Notes: a model not told the origin generated them from the letters alone. A stretch of DNA of 64,000 bases from Candidatus Bathyarchaeum tardum (GCA_024650005.2 CP122380.1:224001-288000); one strand, 5' to 3'; shown: positions 21,244 through 31,399, counted from the first letter of the stretch. Translations and numbers: made by a program.

Positions 21244-22209
21244 ATGAGTTTCAGTGAAAAGGAAGTTTATCAAGGTTTGTTATATTATTACTCGACCAAA
21301 TATCCGAATAATCCCAAAACCATTTTAGAAAATGATATACTGGCAGAAATTAAGTCTGGCAAAACAAGAAAGTTAGCAATTGAATCATTATTTGCTCAGA
21401 CGTTTCAAAAAGATATGTCGGAATTGAAAGATTTAGCCAAATCAAGTCCAAGCAAGCAGAATAATTATCGTGTTAAATCCATGTTCACTCGAGAAGAAAT
21501 GGAAAATTTTGGCAGCAATATACTAAACAAAAAATCAAAAGGAAAAAGCCCAACTTTTAAAAAAATTAGTAAAGTGAAGAAGTATCCTAAAGGATACTAT
21601 TTGCATTTACTCGCTCTTGATGAAGTAAGTGGATATTATAGAAGTGAAGGCGATCCCAAATGGTGGGAAAAAAGAGCGGGAAAAGATTACACTTGCACAA
21701 TTTGTCACAGATCGATTCCTAAAACCACCCGATACATTGGACAACAGATGCTAAAGCCAGGTAGAAAGGGCATATATGGCTACAAAGGAACGTACACAAC
21801 TAGATATTATCATATTATTTGTATTTTAAAGCAAAAAAAAGGTATTCTTCAAGCAAACATATCAAAGTTGGAAAATGAAATACAATCTTTGGAGCAGAAA
21901 ATTGAAGATTTACGAAGAGAAATTTCAGTAAATGAAGTGGGAATTTATAAAAATATTGAAATTATTAATAAAAAAAGGCAAGAATGTACAGAAGCAGGTT
22001 TTTTTGGTAAAATTAGCAAAAAAATCCATTTATTTTTTGATGAACGATTACTTACTAATCAAAATAACAAAATGAAAAAAATTATTTTCAAAATAAAAAA
22101 TGAAACAATTCCAACATGTGAACTCAAAATTAAAAAATCTGTCAATCTAAAAAATGCTACTAAACAATCGTTAAGACAAATAAGCGAAACTATTGAAGAT
22201 ATAATCTAA
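21244..22209 (+). CDS. Hypothetical protein with PARP-type zinc finger and coiled coil
   Basis: RAGKDYTCTICHRSIPK...YYHIIC (CxxC...HxxC) followed by a heptad-rich tail; AT-rich like the upstream gene. Confidence 0.7.
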   Translation: MSFSEKEVYQGLLYYYSTKYPNNPKTILENDILAEIKSGKTRKLAIESLFAQTFQKDMSELKDLAKSSPSKQNNYRVKSMFTREEMENFGSNILNKKSKGKSPTFKKISKVKKYPKGYYLHLLALDEVSGYYRSEGDPKWWEKRAGKDYTCTICHRSIPKTTRYIGQQMLKPGRKGIYGYKGTYTTRYYHIICILKQKKGILQANISKLENEIQSLEQKIEDLRREISVNEVGIYKNIEIINKKRQECTEAGFFGKISKKIHLFFDERLLTNQNNKMKKIIFKIKNETIPTCELKIKKSVNLKNATKQSLRQISETIEDII

Positions 22210-22431
22210 AGTTGTATCAACAAGCTTTAAGGATGTTAAACATCACGTTCAACATGAAAGTCCTTATGATTTTAAAAGGCCACAAATAACTAAAAGACTT
22301 TTTCATATTTGTTAAAAATCTGGACACTTTCTCTTTTTTGATGGTTTCTTCTTCATTTTTTGTATGTGCAAAAGTAACCTGAACCAGTAAACAAATTATC
22401 CCAAGCAAAACAACAACCCTTACAGCTTTAC

Positions 22432-23682
22432 TTACCATTTACTGCAACCAACTTTTTTGGACAGCCTTTTTCGACACAAAAAAGCAACCAAAGTTATGCT
22501 TAAAAACAAAGGCAAAACAAGCCATGATGGAAATTCTGGTATTTCGTTAGATATTTCTTGTTCGAGTTCAGGGTCGTTATTGTTGACGGTGCTATTGTTT
22601 GAATCTCCTTTGACTCTTATGGGTAAGACTTTGTTTTTGGTTATTGCGTTTTCAACGATGTATGCGTTTGGGCAGTCATACAAACTAATGTCCACTTCTT
22701 GGTTGTTTGTTACAATGTTTTTTGTAATGCTTGTGTTCCAAGCTCCCCATGCATAAATGCCGTCGTTTGTGTTTTGTGTTATGTTGTTTTTGGTAATCAC
22801 GTTATTGAAGCAGCACTCATATGAGCCTTGAAACGCAATGCCATAGTAATTATTTCTTAGATGATTTCTTGTTATTACTGAATTGTTTGTGGCGACAAGG
22901 AGTATTCCTTGGCTGTTGTTGGTGAGAACAAAGTTTTCGACAGTTATGTTTGTGCAGTTTACAAGAGCCACATATCCCGTGTTGACTGGCACGGTTTTGT
23001 TTTTCTCGTTAACCCAGTAAGTTATGGATTTCCCATTTATCGTGTTTGAATCATCTATGTCGCTGATGTAGGAGCTCATGTGGCTAGATGTTTCGCAGTC
23101 TATCCACAAGTTGTAGGTATTGTTGCTTAGCTGATTGTTTCTAAAAACATAAGATGGACAGTGATGAATGAAAACGCCGTATGTGTTGTTTGCTATGATG
23201 TTTTCCTCAAGATAATTATTTTTTGAAAAAATCATTGATTTTATTCCATAGGTATTGTCTGTTAGGCTATTTTGGGACAGTGTAATGTTTGTACAACCAG
23301 CCAATGATTCTGCATACGTGAAATGGATGCCATGCCTGAAGTTCTTGATGTGCAGATTCTTTATTTCCACGCTGTTCTGGCCCTGCATCCAAATACCATT
23401 AAGACTTCCATTTCCTTGAAGGGTGTGACCAGCACCATCAATAACTATGTCGCTAGAAAAAACTACGATACTGCCTGCAATGTCTCCTGTAAACGTGTAA
23501 ACATTTCCGCTACGTTGAATCATATCTGTGCCATTTACTGATCCGTTTTCCGTAATTTCGATGCTGTGCTCGGGCACTGAAGCTGGAAAAAAGTTTGCAG
23601 AAACAAAACTGATAAACTGTGGACTAATGCATACTAAAACTAGCAAAGCGATTAACGTAACTGAACACAACAGCTTCTTCAA
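22432..23682 (-). CDS. Secreted NosD/CASH beta-helix surface protein with PEF-CTERM-like anchor
   Basis: Signal peptide, N-rich beta-helix repeats, C-terminal IPEFPS + TM helix + basic tail. Confidence 0.85.
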   Translation of the reverse strand: MKKLLCSVTLIALLVLVCISPQFISFVSANFFPASVPEHSIEITENGSVNGTDMIQRSGNVYTFTGDIAGSIVVFSSDIVIDGAGHTLQGNGSLNGIWMQGQNSVEIKNLHIKNFRHGIHFTYAESLAGCTNITLSQNSLTDNTYGIKSMIFSKNNYLEENIIANNTYGVFIHHCPSYVFRNNQLSNNTYNLWIDCETSSHMSSYISDIDDSNTINGKSITYWVNEKNKTVPVNTGYVALVNCTNITVENFVLTNNSQGILLVATNNSVITRNHLRNNYYGIAFQGSYECCFNNVITKNNITQNTNDGIYAWGAWNTSITKNIVTNNQEVDISLYDCPNAYIVENAITKNKVLPIRVKGDSNNSTVNNNDPELEQEISNEIPEFPSWLVLPLFLSITLVAFLCRKRLSKKVGCSKW

Positions 23683-23731
23683 GTTAACCAACCGTTTACT
23701 TAATTTCAAAATCAAAAAAGAATATAGCATT

Positions 23732-23753
23732 TTTTGTCAAAGTTTCTTGACTA
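23732..23753 (-). promoter_or_regulatory. Palindromic operator GTCAA-N6-TTGAC, copy A
   Basis: TAGTCAAGAAACTTTGACAAAA on the - strand, 22/22 identical to 35107-35128, upstream of the NosD-like gene. Confidence 0.6.
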
Positions 23754-23945
23754 ATGGGTTACTCAAAACAAAATTTTAACCAATCAAAGTGTTAAAACCA
23801 CGCGTTAGGTATTTGGGACGAACTCAAATTGGAACTGTTTTCTTCTATTTTTTCCAGAACCTTTTTTATTTCCTTTTTGTTATTTTGGTTTCCTTAGACG
23901 CGGATAGAAAGCCTTAATTTTAATGGCGTATCCCAAAAGCTGTAT

Positions 23946-24038
23946 GGGTCCGTAGCTTAGCAAGGAAGAGCAACTTGCGCCTAAAGCACCGGGCTTTTAA
24001 CCCGGGGGTCAGGGGTTCAATTCCCCTCGGACCCGCCA
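23946..24038 (+). tRNA. tRNA-Lys(UUU) with ~16-nt D-arm intron (approx. position 22/23)
   Basis: Acceptor GGGTCCG/CGGACCC, anticodon arm CCGGG-CTTTTAA-CCCGG, T arm AGGGG-TTCAATT-CCCCT, encoded CCA; removing 23969-23984 restores a normal D arm. Confidence 0.92.
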
Positions 24039-24046
24039 TAACTTTT

Positions 24047-25042
24047 CTAAACATTTAATATGTCTATTTTTTTGCCAATCTTTTCTTTCAAAGCTTTTTT
24101 GTAGACCACGTTTGCTGTTGCGGCATCTTGTATAGCAAGCCCAGTAGATGTGAAAACTGTAATTTCATCACTTGAAGTTCTGCCCTGTTTTAATCCTGCA
24201 ACAATTTCACAAATGTCGCCCCAGATGTCTTCTTTTGTGATTATTCCTTTCGAAATTGGAACATTAATTTCGCCCCCATGACTGCTCTGTTCCCACTCGT
24301 CCACAACGTTTTTGGATCTTAACAAAATGTTTGGATCTAACTCTTGTTTTCCTGGAGCATCTGCTCCAATACAATTAATATGGCTCCCTTGTTTCACCCA
24401 ATCTGACGAAACTAAAGGTTTTCTTGAAGGGGTTGTCGTTATAATTATGTCTGTTTCTTGTACTGCTTTTTTAACGCTTTCAACAACACAAATTTTTAGC
24501 TGAGGATATTTTTGCCTCATTTCTTCAACATATTTTTCTGACGCTTTGGGATTAATGTCCCACACGTTGACTTCTTGTATTGTCTTAAAGACTATTTGAA
24601 GCCCCATAAGTTGAGTTCTTGCTTGGGCGCCTGCACCAACTAATCCAACTATTTTTGGGCTAGGGTTAGCAAGATATTTTGCTGCGATTGCTCCTGCTGC
24701 TCCGGTTCGAAGGGCGGTAATCTTTGTTCCTCCCATTATCGCAACTGGTGCACCAGTTTTGGGGTCAACCAAAATTATTGTTGCCATAACGGTAGGCAGT
24801 CCATGTTTTGGGTTTTCTGGATGAGAATTCACAACCTTCACGGTTACTGCATCAATTTCTTCAAGGTATGCTGGCATGGTCCGCAAATCGCCGTTGTATT
24901 TTTTCATGAACAAATACTGTTTAGAAGGCATTTGGGCGTGACCTGTTCCCTTCATTTTAAATGCTAATTCTACAGCTGGGATTGTTTCATCAATTGAGAT
25001 TAGGTTTTTTATATCCTTTTCAGACAGAACTAAAGTTTTCGT
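24047..25042 (-). CDS. ala: Alanine dehydrogenase / ornithine cyclodeaminase-mu-crystallin family
   Basis: GDLRTMPA, KVVNSHPEN, RTGAAG, GAGAQA, GADAPGKQE and STGLAIQD motifs; frame extends to ACG 25042. Confidence 0.88.
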   Translation of the reverse strand, partial: TKTLVLSEKDIKNLISIDETIPAVELAFKMKGTGHAQMPSKQYLFMKKYNGDLRTMPAYLEEIDAVTVKVVNSHPENPKHGLPTVMATIILVDPKTGAPVAIMGGTKITALRTGAAGAIAAKYLANPSPKIVGLVGAGAQARTQLMGLQIVFKTIQEVNVWDINPKASEKYVEEMRQKYPQLKICVVESVKKAVQETDIIITTTPSRKPLVSSDWVKQGSHINCIGADAPGKQELDPNILLRSKNVVDEWEQSSHGGEINVPISKGIITKEDIWGDICEIVAGLKQGRTSSDEITVFTSTGLAIQDAATANVVYKKALKEKIGKKIDILNV

Positions 25043-25119
25043 GTTGATTGCCTCCTGAGTACTTAATCTGTGATTTTAGTTTAATGTTACCGTGCTCCTT
25101 ACTCTTTGTCAACGTAAAA

Positions 25120-26676
25120 CTAAACAGTTCTAGTTGGTACCTGTTTTTGGTTCAACCCTGAAAGGGTTAACAATGGCTTTAACACTTTTTTGCCGTGTTT
25201 CCACCTGTAATACAAAACATACGCAAATGCTGAAACAACCCGTGCTGGCCATTGGGAAAGGTCTGGGGCAAAAATTTCTATGTTGTTCCTCCAACATGTT
25301 GCCAAAAGTTCCCATTGAAGGGGCGTTAATTGTTTCAGGTCCATGTGTTGTGCCTTTCTAAGGTTGCACTCCTCTTCGGACGTGAACAGCAACGGGACAT
25401 AGAACAGTTTATTGTGTTTTAGTTGATTTACAAGCTCAATGGTAGCGTTTGTGTCATCTTCGGTTTCGCCAGGCAACCCAACAATAAACGTCGCTAACGG
25501 CCAAATGCTGTTTTGGTTCATGATGTCAATAGATTTTGTTACTATGTCTTGCCACTCTTCGGGCTTGAATGGAAAAACTTTTCTCGGCATATATTTTTTC
25601 ATAAGGCGAAAGCTGCCCGTTTCTATTCCTACTTCGATGGAGCTGTGTTTTATGCCACTCGTAACCCAGTACGATTTTTCAAGAAGGACTGGTCCAATTT
25701 CTCGAATCATTTCTGGTTCACACACAACTGGTGCTAACGCAGCATGGGCAGGTTGAATGAATTCTACTTTTGGAATTTTTGCTATTGAATTAATCAGTTC
25801 AGAAACTGCTTGGCGGTTTGGCCTGAAGTTGTCTTTGCATTTGTATAGGAAGATGTCTTCACTTGCCAAGATTATCATCCGGGTTCCATGCTTGGCATTT
25901 ATTTCAACCTCTCTTAGAATGTGTTCTAATGGAAAAGAATACCGTTTCCGAATCATGGGGGAACAAAACTTACAGCCTCGTCCGCAACCACGGGTAATTT
26001 CTACTGTGCCAAATATTGCTGGATTTACTATTGGACAGATTTCTTTCGGGTCTGGGGCTTGAGTTTCCACAAATTTTGGAAGTTCTTCACCCTTTAGTGC
26101 CTTGCGAAAAATTTCTAGTGCAGTTTTTTCTCCCTCTCCCATTACTATGCAATCGATTTGATACTTTTTTTGAAGTTTAGCCCTGTGAATTTGCCATGCG
26201 CCTGCTCCTCCCAGAACAATTTTTGCGTTCCATTTTCGCAGTATTGGGTTTGTTATTAATTCCCTGAATTCTGCGGCTGCCACGGGTTCCCCTCCAAAAC
26301 CTACCAGAGACGTGTATGTTCGGCTCACAAATCCTATTCCTACAGGTTCCATGGTTGATATTCCAATAATTTTTGTGTTTGGTCCAACCACTTTTTTGAG
26401 ATCATATGGGTGAACAACTGCTACATGTTCTGATCCAAACTCGTTAATCAATGAAGCTTCAATTTTGCGCATTCCGTAGGGCACAAACTTGGCGGTGTTG
26501 TTTCCGTTCATTGGCGTTTTTGGGTACCAATATTTTCGTAACATAAACCTTGGAATGATTGCAGTTGGAAACCCTCCAGAAAACGCCCTAAAAGGATTGA
26601 GTTTAAAATCACTCATATCAGTGGCAGACCCTGTTAAAACTATTGGAACCCCTTGCAGCTGACCATTGTTGGCCAT
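25120..26676 (-). CDS. B12-binding-domain radical SAM protein
   Basis: EITRGCGRGCKFC (CxxxCxxC), GIETG and GLPGET motifs; N-terminal PYGMRKIEA domain. Confidence 0.85.
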   Translation of the reverse strand: MANNGQLQGVPIVLTGSATDMSDFKLNPFRAFSGGFPTAIIPRFMLRKYWYPKTPMNGNNTAKFVPYGMRKIEASLINEFGSEHVAVVHPYDLKKVVGPNTKIIGISTMEPVGIGFVSRTYTSLVGFGGEPVAAAEFRELITNPILRKWNAKIVLGGAGAWQIHRAKLQKKYQIDCIVMGEGEKTALEIFRKALKGEELPKFVETQAPDPKEICPIVNPAIFGTVEITRGCGRGCKFCSPMIRKRYSFPLEHILREVEINAKHGTRMIILASEDIFLYKCKDNFRPNRQAVSELINSIAKIPKVEFIQPAHAALAPVVCEPEMIREIGPVLLEKSYWVTSGIKHSSIEVGIETGSFRLMKKYMPRKVFPFKPEEWQDIVTKSIDIMNQNSIWPLATFIVGLPGETEDDTNATIELVNQLKHNKLFYVPLLFTSEEECNLRKAQHMDLKQLTPLQWELLATCWRNNIEIFAPDLSQWPARVVSAFAYVLYYRWKHGKKVLKPLLTLSGLNQKQVPTRTV

Positions 26677-26797
26677 TTTTTCCCCATATTAGCGCGTTTG
26701 TATCGTACAACCTTTAAGAGTTTTGCTGTGCTTTTGTTTAATTGTATTCAGGCTTGAAGCATTGAATGCAGATGTAAATTAAGAAAATTCAGGAGAT

Positions 26798-28189
26798 ATG
26801 GGTTTAATGACAACTGAAAGCTGGTTACAGTGCATCATTCCTAGTTGTGGAAAAAAATACAGTGTAACTGAACGAAGAACAAATTGTGACTGTGGAGAAC
26901 TTCTTGACGTCCAGTACAAAGGAGCCTTCCCCAAAAGTTTGCAAGAAACCTTTTATATGCGACAAAGTCACAGACAAAGTGAACCCCATAATATATTTAA
27001 TGAAAGTGGGGTTTGGCGATTCCGTGAGTTACTTAATTTTGTTAGCGTTAATACAGAGGACCTTACTGATTGTAGTAAAAAACTTGTCTCTTTAGATGGT
27101 GCAGAAGGAAGAACAAAAACATTTCATTTGACTAAGGTAGCCGATTATGTGGGTCTAAACTCAAAAAACTTTTGGATACAGTTTGAAGGCGATAACCCAA
27201 CCGGTTCTTTCAAAGATAATGGAATGGCATCTGCTTTTACTCACGCAAAAATGGTTGGAGCCAAAAAAGTTGTTTGCGCTTCTACGGGAAACACTTCAAG
27301 CTCTGCTGCAGCTTTTGCTGCTAATGAGCTAAATATGACAGCGGTGATTCTGGTTGGAGAAGGCAAAATAGCAAAAGGCAAGCTTGCCCAGTCTCTTGCC
27401 TATGGTGCCAAAGTTTTGCAAGTTAAGGGTGATTTTGATGTTGCTATGGCTATGGTCCAAGAGCTTTCCAAAGAAAGTAATATCTACGTTGTCAACTCCT
27501 TGAACTGTTTCCGGCTTGAAGGCCAAAAAACTATGATGTTTCGAATTCTGGATTATTTGAATTGGGAGATTCCTGACTGGATAGTTTTTCCTGGAGGAAA
27601 CTTGGGTAACACTTCAGCTTTTGGTAAAGCCTTCATGGAACTTTATGAATATGGATGGATAAAGAAAAAACCCCGGATGGCTGTGGTTGTTGCAGAGGGG
27701 GCACCTACATTTTCAGACCTTTATAATGACCATGGACTAAAATGGAATGGTGGAAAAATTAACAACAGTATCATCAATGACTACTATATTGAAGTGGAAC
27801 GAAAAGGCATCAAAGCAAACACTCGCGCCAGCGCAATTGAAATTTTAAAACCAGTAAACCTGAAGAAAGCATTACGAACTCTTGAATTCACTAATGGTGT
27901 CGTAACAAAGGTTCCAGACAATGAAATAATGGATACTATGGCTATGATTAGTAAAAACGGGTTTGGTTGTGAGCCTGCTTCTGCTGCTACGGTTGCGGGA
28001 ACCAAAAAATTGGTTTCCCAAGGAGTAATCGAAAAAGACGCTACTGTAGTTGGAATCGCTACTGGTCACATTCTCAAGGACACATCTGCAATTGTTGATT
28101 ATCACTTTAATCCCAAAAACAAGTTTGCTAACACGCCGATTGTTGTGGAGCCTGACGTGAATAAGATACTCAAACTTGTTGATTCTTGA
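26798..28189 (+). CDS. thrC: Threonine synthase
   Basis: NPTGSFKD, CASTGNTS, EGQKT, PGGNLGN, EPASA and TGHILKD motifs. Confidence 0.93.
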   Translation: MGLMTTESWLQCIIPSCGKKYSVTERRTNCDCGELLDVQYKGAFPKSLQETFYMRQSHRQSEPHNIFNESGVWRFRELLNFVSVNTEDLTDCSKKLVSLDGAEGRTKTFHLTKVADYVGLNSKNFWIQFEGDNPTGSFKDNGMASAFTHAKMVGAKKVVCASTGNTSSSAAAFAANELNMTAVILVGEGKIAKGKLAQSLAYGAKVLQVKGDFDVAMAMVQELSKESNIYVVNSLNCFRLEGQKTMMFRILDYLNWEIPDWIVFPGGNLGNTSAFGKAFMELYEYGWIKKKPRMAVVVAEGAPTFSDLYNDHGLKWNGGKINNSIINDYYIEVERKGIKANTRASAIEILKPVNLKKALRTLEFTNGVVTKVPDNEIMDTMAMISKNGFGCEPASAATVAGTKKLVSQGVIEKDATVVGIATGHILKDTSAIVDYHFNPKNKFANTPIVVEPDVNKILKLVDS

Positions 28190-28199
28190 TTGGCTTTGT

Positions 28200-28451
28200 T
28201 TATGATGCACCTAGAAAGCTTAGTGCTTGGGATGCAATCAAGAACAAGAATATGGAACTGGTGACTTTGGAGCCTACTTTCCAGACTACTGATAGTAAAA
28301 TTAGTATGGTTGCCATCTGTATGAGTTGATGGGATGCTGAAATTCCCATGTATTCTAAAATGAAGCCGATAACAAAGGTTAACCCATCTCCGATACTTTT
28401 TAACCCAATCATTATTTGACCTAAGGCTTCGATTAAGCCTGGATTAAACAC
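28200..28451 (-). CDS. Small membrane protein
   Basis: 83 aa, hydrophobic, AGGTG SD-like element upstream. Confidence 0.6.
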   Translation of the reverse strand: MFNPGLIEALGQIMIGLKSIGDGLTFVIGFILEYMGISASHQLIQMATILILLSVVWKVGSKVTSSIFLFLIASQALSFLGAS

Positions 28452-28929
28452 TTTTTTAACACCTAGACTCCGCTGACGCTTAAATATAGATACCTGAATT
28501 TAATTTATCAACCTTGTGCGGTAGCAGTTCGGATGATAAATCCAGTTAACCAATTATCAATAACAGTATTGTTCGGTTTTATTGACGCTTGCTACTAATT
28601 CAACAATAATTAAAAAATTATGAAGATTCATTGCATAAAAAAATTATATTAAAAGTTAAATAACACAAAACAATACCTAATTTTGTCCTTGAATTTGCTT
28701 TATCATTTTTGCTTTCGAGTTGCTAAAGGGATTCAGTATGTTTTGTAAATATCTTTTAAGTGCGAAATGTAATTCATCATTTTGGTTCGGTGATTTTCTT
28801 TATAATTGCTTATGGTTTAGTTTCAATGCGAACCATAACACATTTGAAATAACTAAGTTTTTGTATATGAAATCTTTCTGAGAAATGAAAAATTTAAGTA
28901 CAAGTCCGTTGATTGTTACGGAATTGAAT

Positions 28930-29007
28930 GCCTTGGTAGTATAGCTAGGTCTAGTATAGGCGGCTGTCGCCCGCCCGACCCGGGTTCAAATCCCGGCCAA
29001 GGCGCCA
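28930..29007 (+). tRNA. tRNA-Asp(GUC)
   Basis: GCCTTGG/CCAAGGC acceptor, GGCGG-CTGTCGC-CCGCC anticodon arm, CCGGG-TTCAAAT-CCCGG T arm, encoded CCA; TTTAAGTA box upstream. Confidence 0.96.
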
Positions 29008-29436
29008 TTCACATTTTCTGTTTCTATTTTTTCTAAGGATCAAAGTTTTTTCAACTGGGAAAATATTTGCTGGTGGTCAATATTAGCTGAACACATAAAA
29101 CATCAAAGGGTTTCACGTAGCAACCTGTAAAAAGTGTCAGGTTTGCCTGGTGCCATTACGGCGATGCTGTTTTGTTTTCTGCAATGTGTTCTTTTGCAGT
29201 TTTGATTACATTGTTTTATGGGGATTACCTTGGAGTTGTGGAAACCGTTCAAAGCTACTAGTTTCCATTTTTGTTTAACAAAAACTCAGAGAAACCGCTA
29301 CGTTCTGAATATCTTGTTGTTGCAGTCTATGGCTTCTTTTACCATCTTTTGCTTCAAATTCAGTGTACTCTTATCTGTGGTGACAATCATGTCAATTATT
29401 ATATTTTTTTAAAACAAAAATTAAAAATCAAAACGT

Positions 29437-29838
29437 TCACTGGAAAGTTTTTGTTACCCATTCCTTGATTTCTTGCCTGACTTGTCGTACTTGTTGCATT
29501 ATTTGTTCTTCAGTGCCCTTAAACTTTGAAGGGTCAGCAAAACTTTTGTGTATCACTTTTTCTGCTGGAAAGAAGGGACATGTTTCTTTGGCGTGGTCAC
29601 AAACAGTGACTACGACATCAAACTTTTTTGCTTTAAACTCATTGATGTTTTTTGACCATTGTTTTGACGTGTCGATTCCAATTTCGTTCAAAGCTTTGAT
29701 AACATGCGGGTTGATTTTTGTAGCTGTTGTTCCAGCGCTGTAGGCTTTGTATTTGCTTGAAAGGTTTGCGTTAACTAGGGCTTCTGCCATCTGGGAACGG
29801 GCAGAATTGTGGGTGCAAATGAACAATATTTCTTTCAT
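29437..29838 (-). CDS. arsC: Arsenate reductase (LMW-PTP family)
   Basis: FICTHNSARSQMAE, TVCD..KETCP and FADP motifs. Confidence 0.93.
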   Translation of the reverse strand: MKEILFICTHNSARSQMAEALVNANLSSKYKAYSAGTTATKINPHVIKALNEIGIDTSKQWSKNINEFKAKKFDVVVTVCDHAKETCPFFPAEKVIHKSFADPSKFKGTEEQIMQQVRQVRQEIKEWVTKTFQ

Positions 29839-29848
29839 TGGGTTGCCT

Positions 29849-30229
29849 CTACAGTAAATCAAGGTCCCTTAGTTTTTCGATTTCTGTTTTGTCTGCTATA
29901 GAGCAGTATGCCCATTTTCCTTTCTTTTTTCGTTTAACTATCCCTGCATTTTCTAGTATCTCAACGTGGTGAGAAAGATTTGGCTGCGTCGTATCAATGC
30001 ACACCATGAGTTCGCAGATGCACATTTCTTTGTTCATAAGCAATTTTATTATTCTAAGGCGTTTTTCGTCCGCTAACGCTTTGAAAAACTTGCTTTGTTT
30101 TTTTGCCATTTTGGTGTCTGCGACGGTTTCAACTAGTTCGAGTAATTCTTTGCAGTATTCTTCTGGGGCTTCTGCATTGCAGTATTCTGTTTCTGTTAAT
30201 CGTTTTAATCGATCTTTGAGGTCTTCCAT
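29849..30229 (-). CDS. arsR: ArsR/SmtB regulator
   Basis: FKALADEKRLRI, EMCICEL and QPNLSHH motifs. Confidence 0.92.
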   Translation of the reverse strand: MEDLKDRLKRLTETEYCNAEAPEEYCKELLELVETVADTKMAKKQSKFFKALADEKRLRIIKLLMNKEMCICELMVCIDTTQPNLSHHVEILENAGIVKRKKKGKWAYCSIADKTEIEKLRDLDLL

Positions 30230-30344
30230 GATTTTTCACTTTATTTTTGTTGTGAACGTTTTTAAATATGTTTACACCAACAAAACGTATAAATATATCT
30301 ATATATGTTGATAACAATAAGAAACATATCTAAAAGTGACCTAA

Positions 30345-31136
30345 ATGGAAAATAAAAAAATAAAAGAACACATCAAAAAGCGGTATGGTGCCATTGCTTC
30401 ATCCGACTGTTCTAGTTGTTCATCAACTTCTTGCAGTTCTTCTGCGTGTTGTCCCTCATCAGGTTCTGATGACCCTCCACAATATATCGCATGGAAAGTC
30501 GGCTACGCTCCCGACGAAATAAACAGCGTTCCCGAAGAAGCTGTTTCAGGCTTAGGGTGCGGAAACCCGGTTGCCCTCGCAAAACTCAAAGAAGGACAAA
30601 CTGTTCTTGACTTGGGCTCTGGTGGAGGAATGGACTCTTTTTTAGCCTCCAAAAAAGTTGGACCCACCGGAAAAGTGATTGGGGTTGACATGACCCAACA
30701 AATGATCGACAAAGCTAAAACTACTGCGTCGGCTCATGGTTACAATAATGTGGAGTTCCGTTTAGGAGAAATTGAGTCCTTGCCTGTTGATGATTCCTCA
30801 GTGGATGTAATAATCAGCAACTGTGTAGTTAACTTGGCTCCCGACAAACTCAAAGTCTTCAAAGAGGCTTACCGGGTTCTAAAACCGGACGGTCATTTGA
30901 TGGTTTCCGACCTAGTTACCTTGGGTGATTTGCCTGAAAATGTCAAAAAAAGTTTTGATGCTTGGGCTAGTTGCATAGCTGGTGCTTTGGAAAAAGACGA
31001 TTATTTAAACAAAATTGCAGAGGCAGGCTTTACTGACGTTAAAGTTGTTTCTGAAAAACCTTACCTGATTGATGTTTCATCCCAAATTAAAGGAAAAATA
31101 ATCAGCATACAAGTTGAGGCTCAGAAAAGTTCCTAA
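30345..31136 (+). CDS. arsM: Arsenite methyltransferase
   Basis: GLGCGNP, LDLGSGGG, IISNCVVNL and WASCIAGA motifs; Cys-rich N-terminus. Confidence 0.93.
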   Translation: MENKKIKEHIKKRYGAIASSDCSSCSSTSCSSSACCPSSGSDDPPQYIAWKVGYAPDEINSVPEEAVSGLGCGNPVALAKLKEGQTVLDLGSGGGMDSFLASKKVGPTGKVIGVDMTQQMIDKAKTTASAHGYNNVEFRLGEIESLPVDDSSVDVIISNCVVNLAPDKLKVFKEAYRVLKPDGHLMVSDLVTLGDLPENVKKSFDAWASCIAGALEKDDYLNKIAEAGFTDVKVVSEKPYLIDVSSQIKGKIISIQVEAQKSS

Positions 31137-31210
31137 TCTGATTTAGTAAATTCGTTTCTGACTGGTGTCTGCCTGCATGGAATAGGAAGTCTAAGTGTGT
31201 CCTGATGGCT

Positions 31211-31372
31211 TTATGCTAAGGTTCCTTTTATGGCATCGGCTTTCAACCTGAGATTATCCAGCTTGTCATCGAAATGAAGGCACGAATCTTCATCTTTTTC
31301 GGGGTCTTTTAATGAACAGTGACCGTTATTCCAATTTATGCAATTTGACCTATCACATAATGGGTAATCCAT
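31211..31372 (-). CDS. Small Cys-rich protein, 53 aa (not in ORF track)
   Basis: MDYPLCDRSNCINWNNGHCSLKDPEKDEDSCLHF...; GAGGGG SD-like element; directly downstream of the second ArsR gene. Confidence 0.65.
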   Translation of the reverse strand: MDYPLCDRSNCINWNNGHCSLKDPEKDEDSCLHFDDKLDNLRLKADAIKGTLA

Positions 31373-31399
31373 CAATTTCCCCTCTTGTGCATTTTTTGT

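Noticed and set aside
22217-22438. 73-aa ORF with hydrophobic N-terminus downstream of the NosD-like gene
   Set aside because: Could be a remnant, but has no recognisable homology and lies at the island boundary; not supportable
28452-28929. Long AT-rich intergenic region as replication origin
   Set aside because: No repeated ORB-like boxes and no cdc6 gene nearby
29040-29430. Possible decayed gene or attachment site after tRNA-Asp
   Set aside because: Stop-interrupted frames with no recognisable homology; no duplicated tRNA 3' end and no integrase seen
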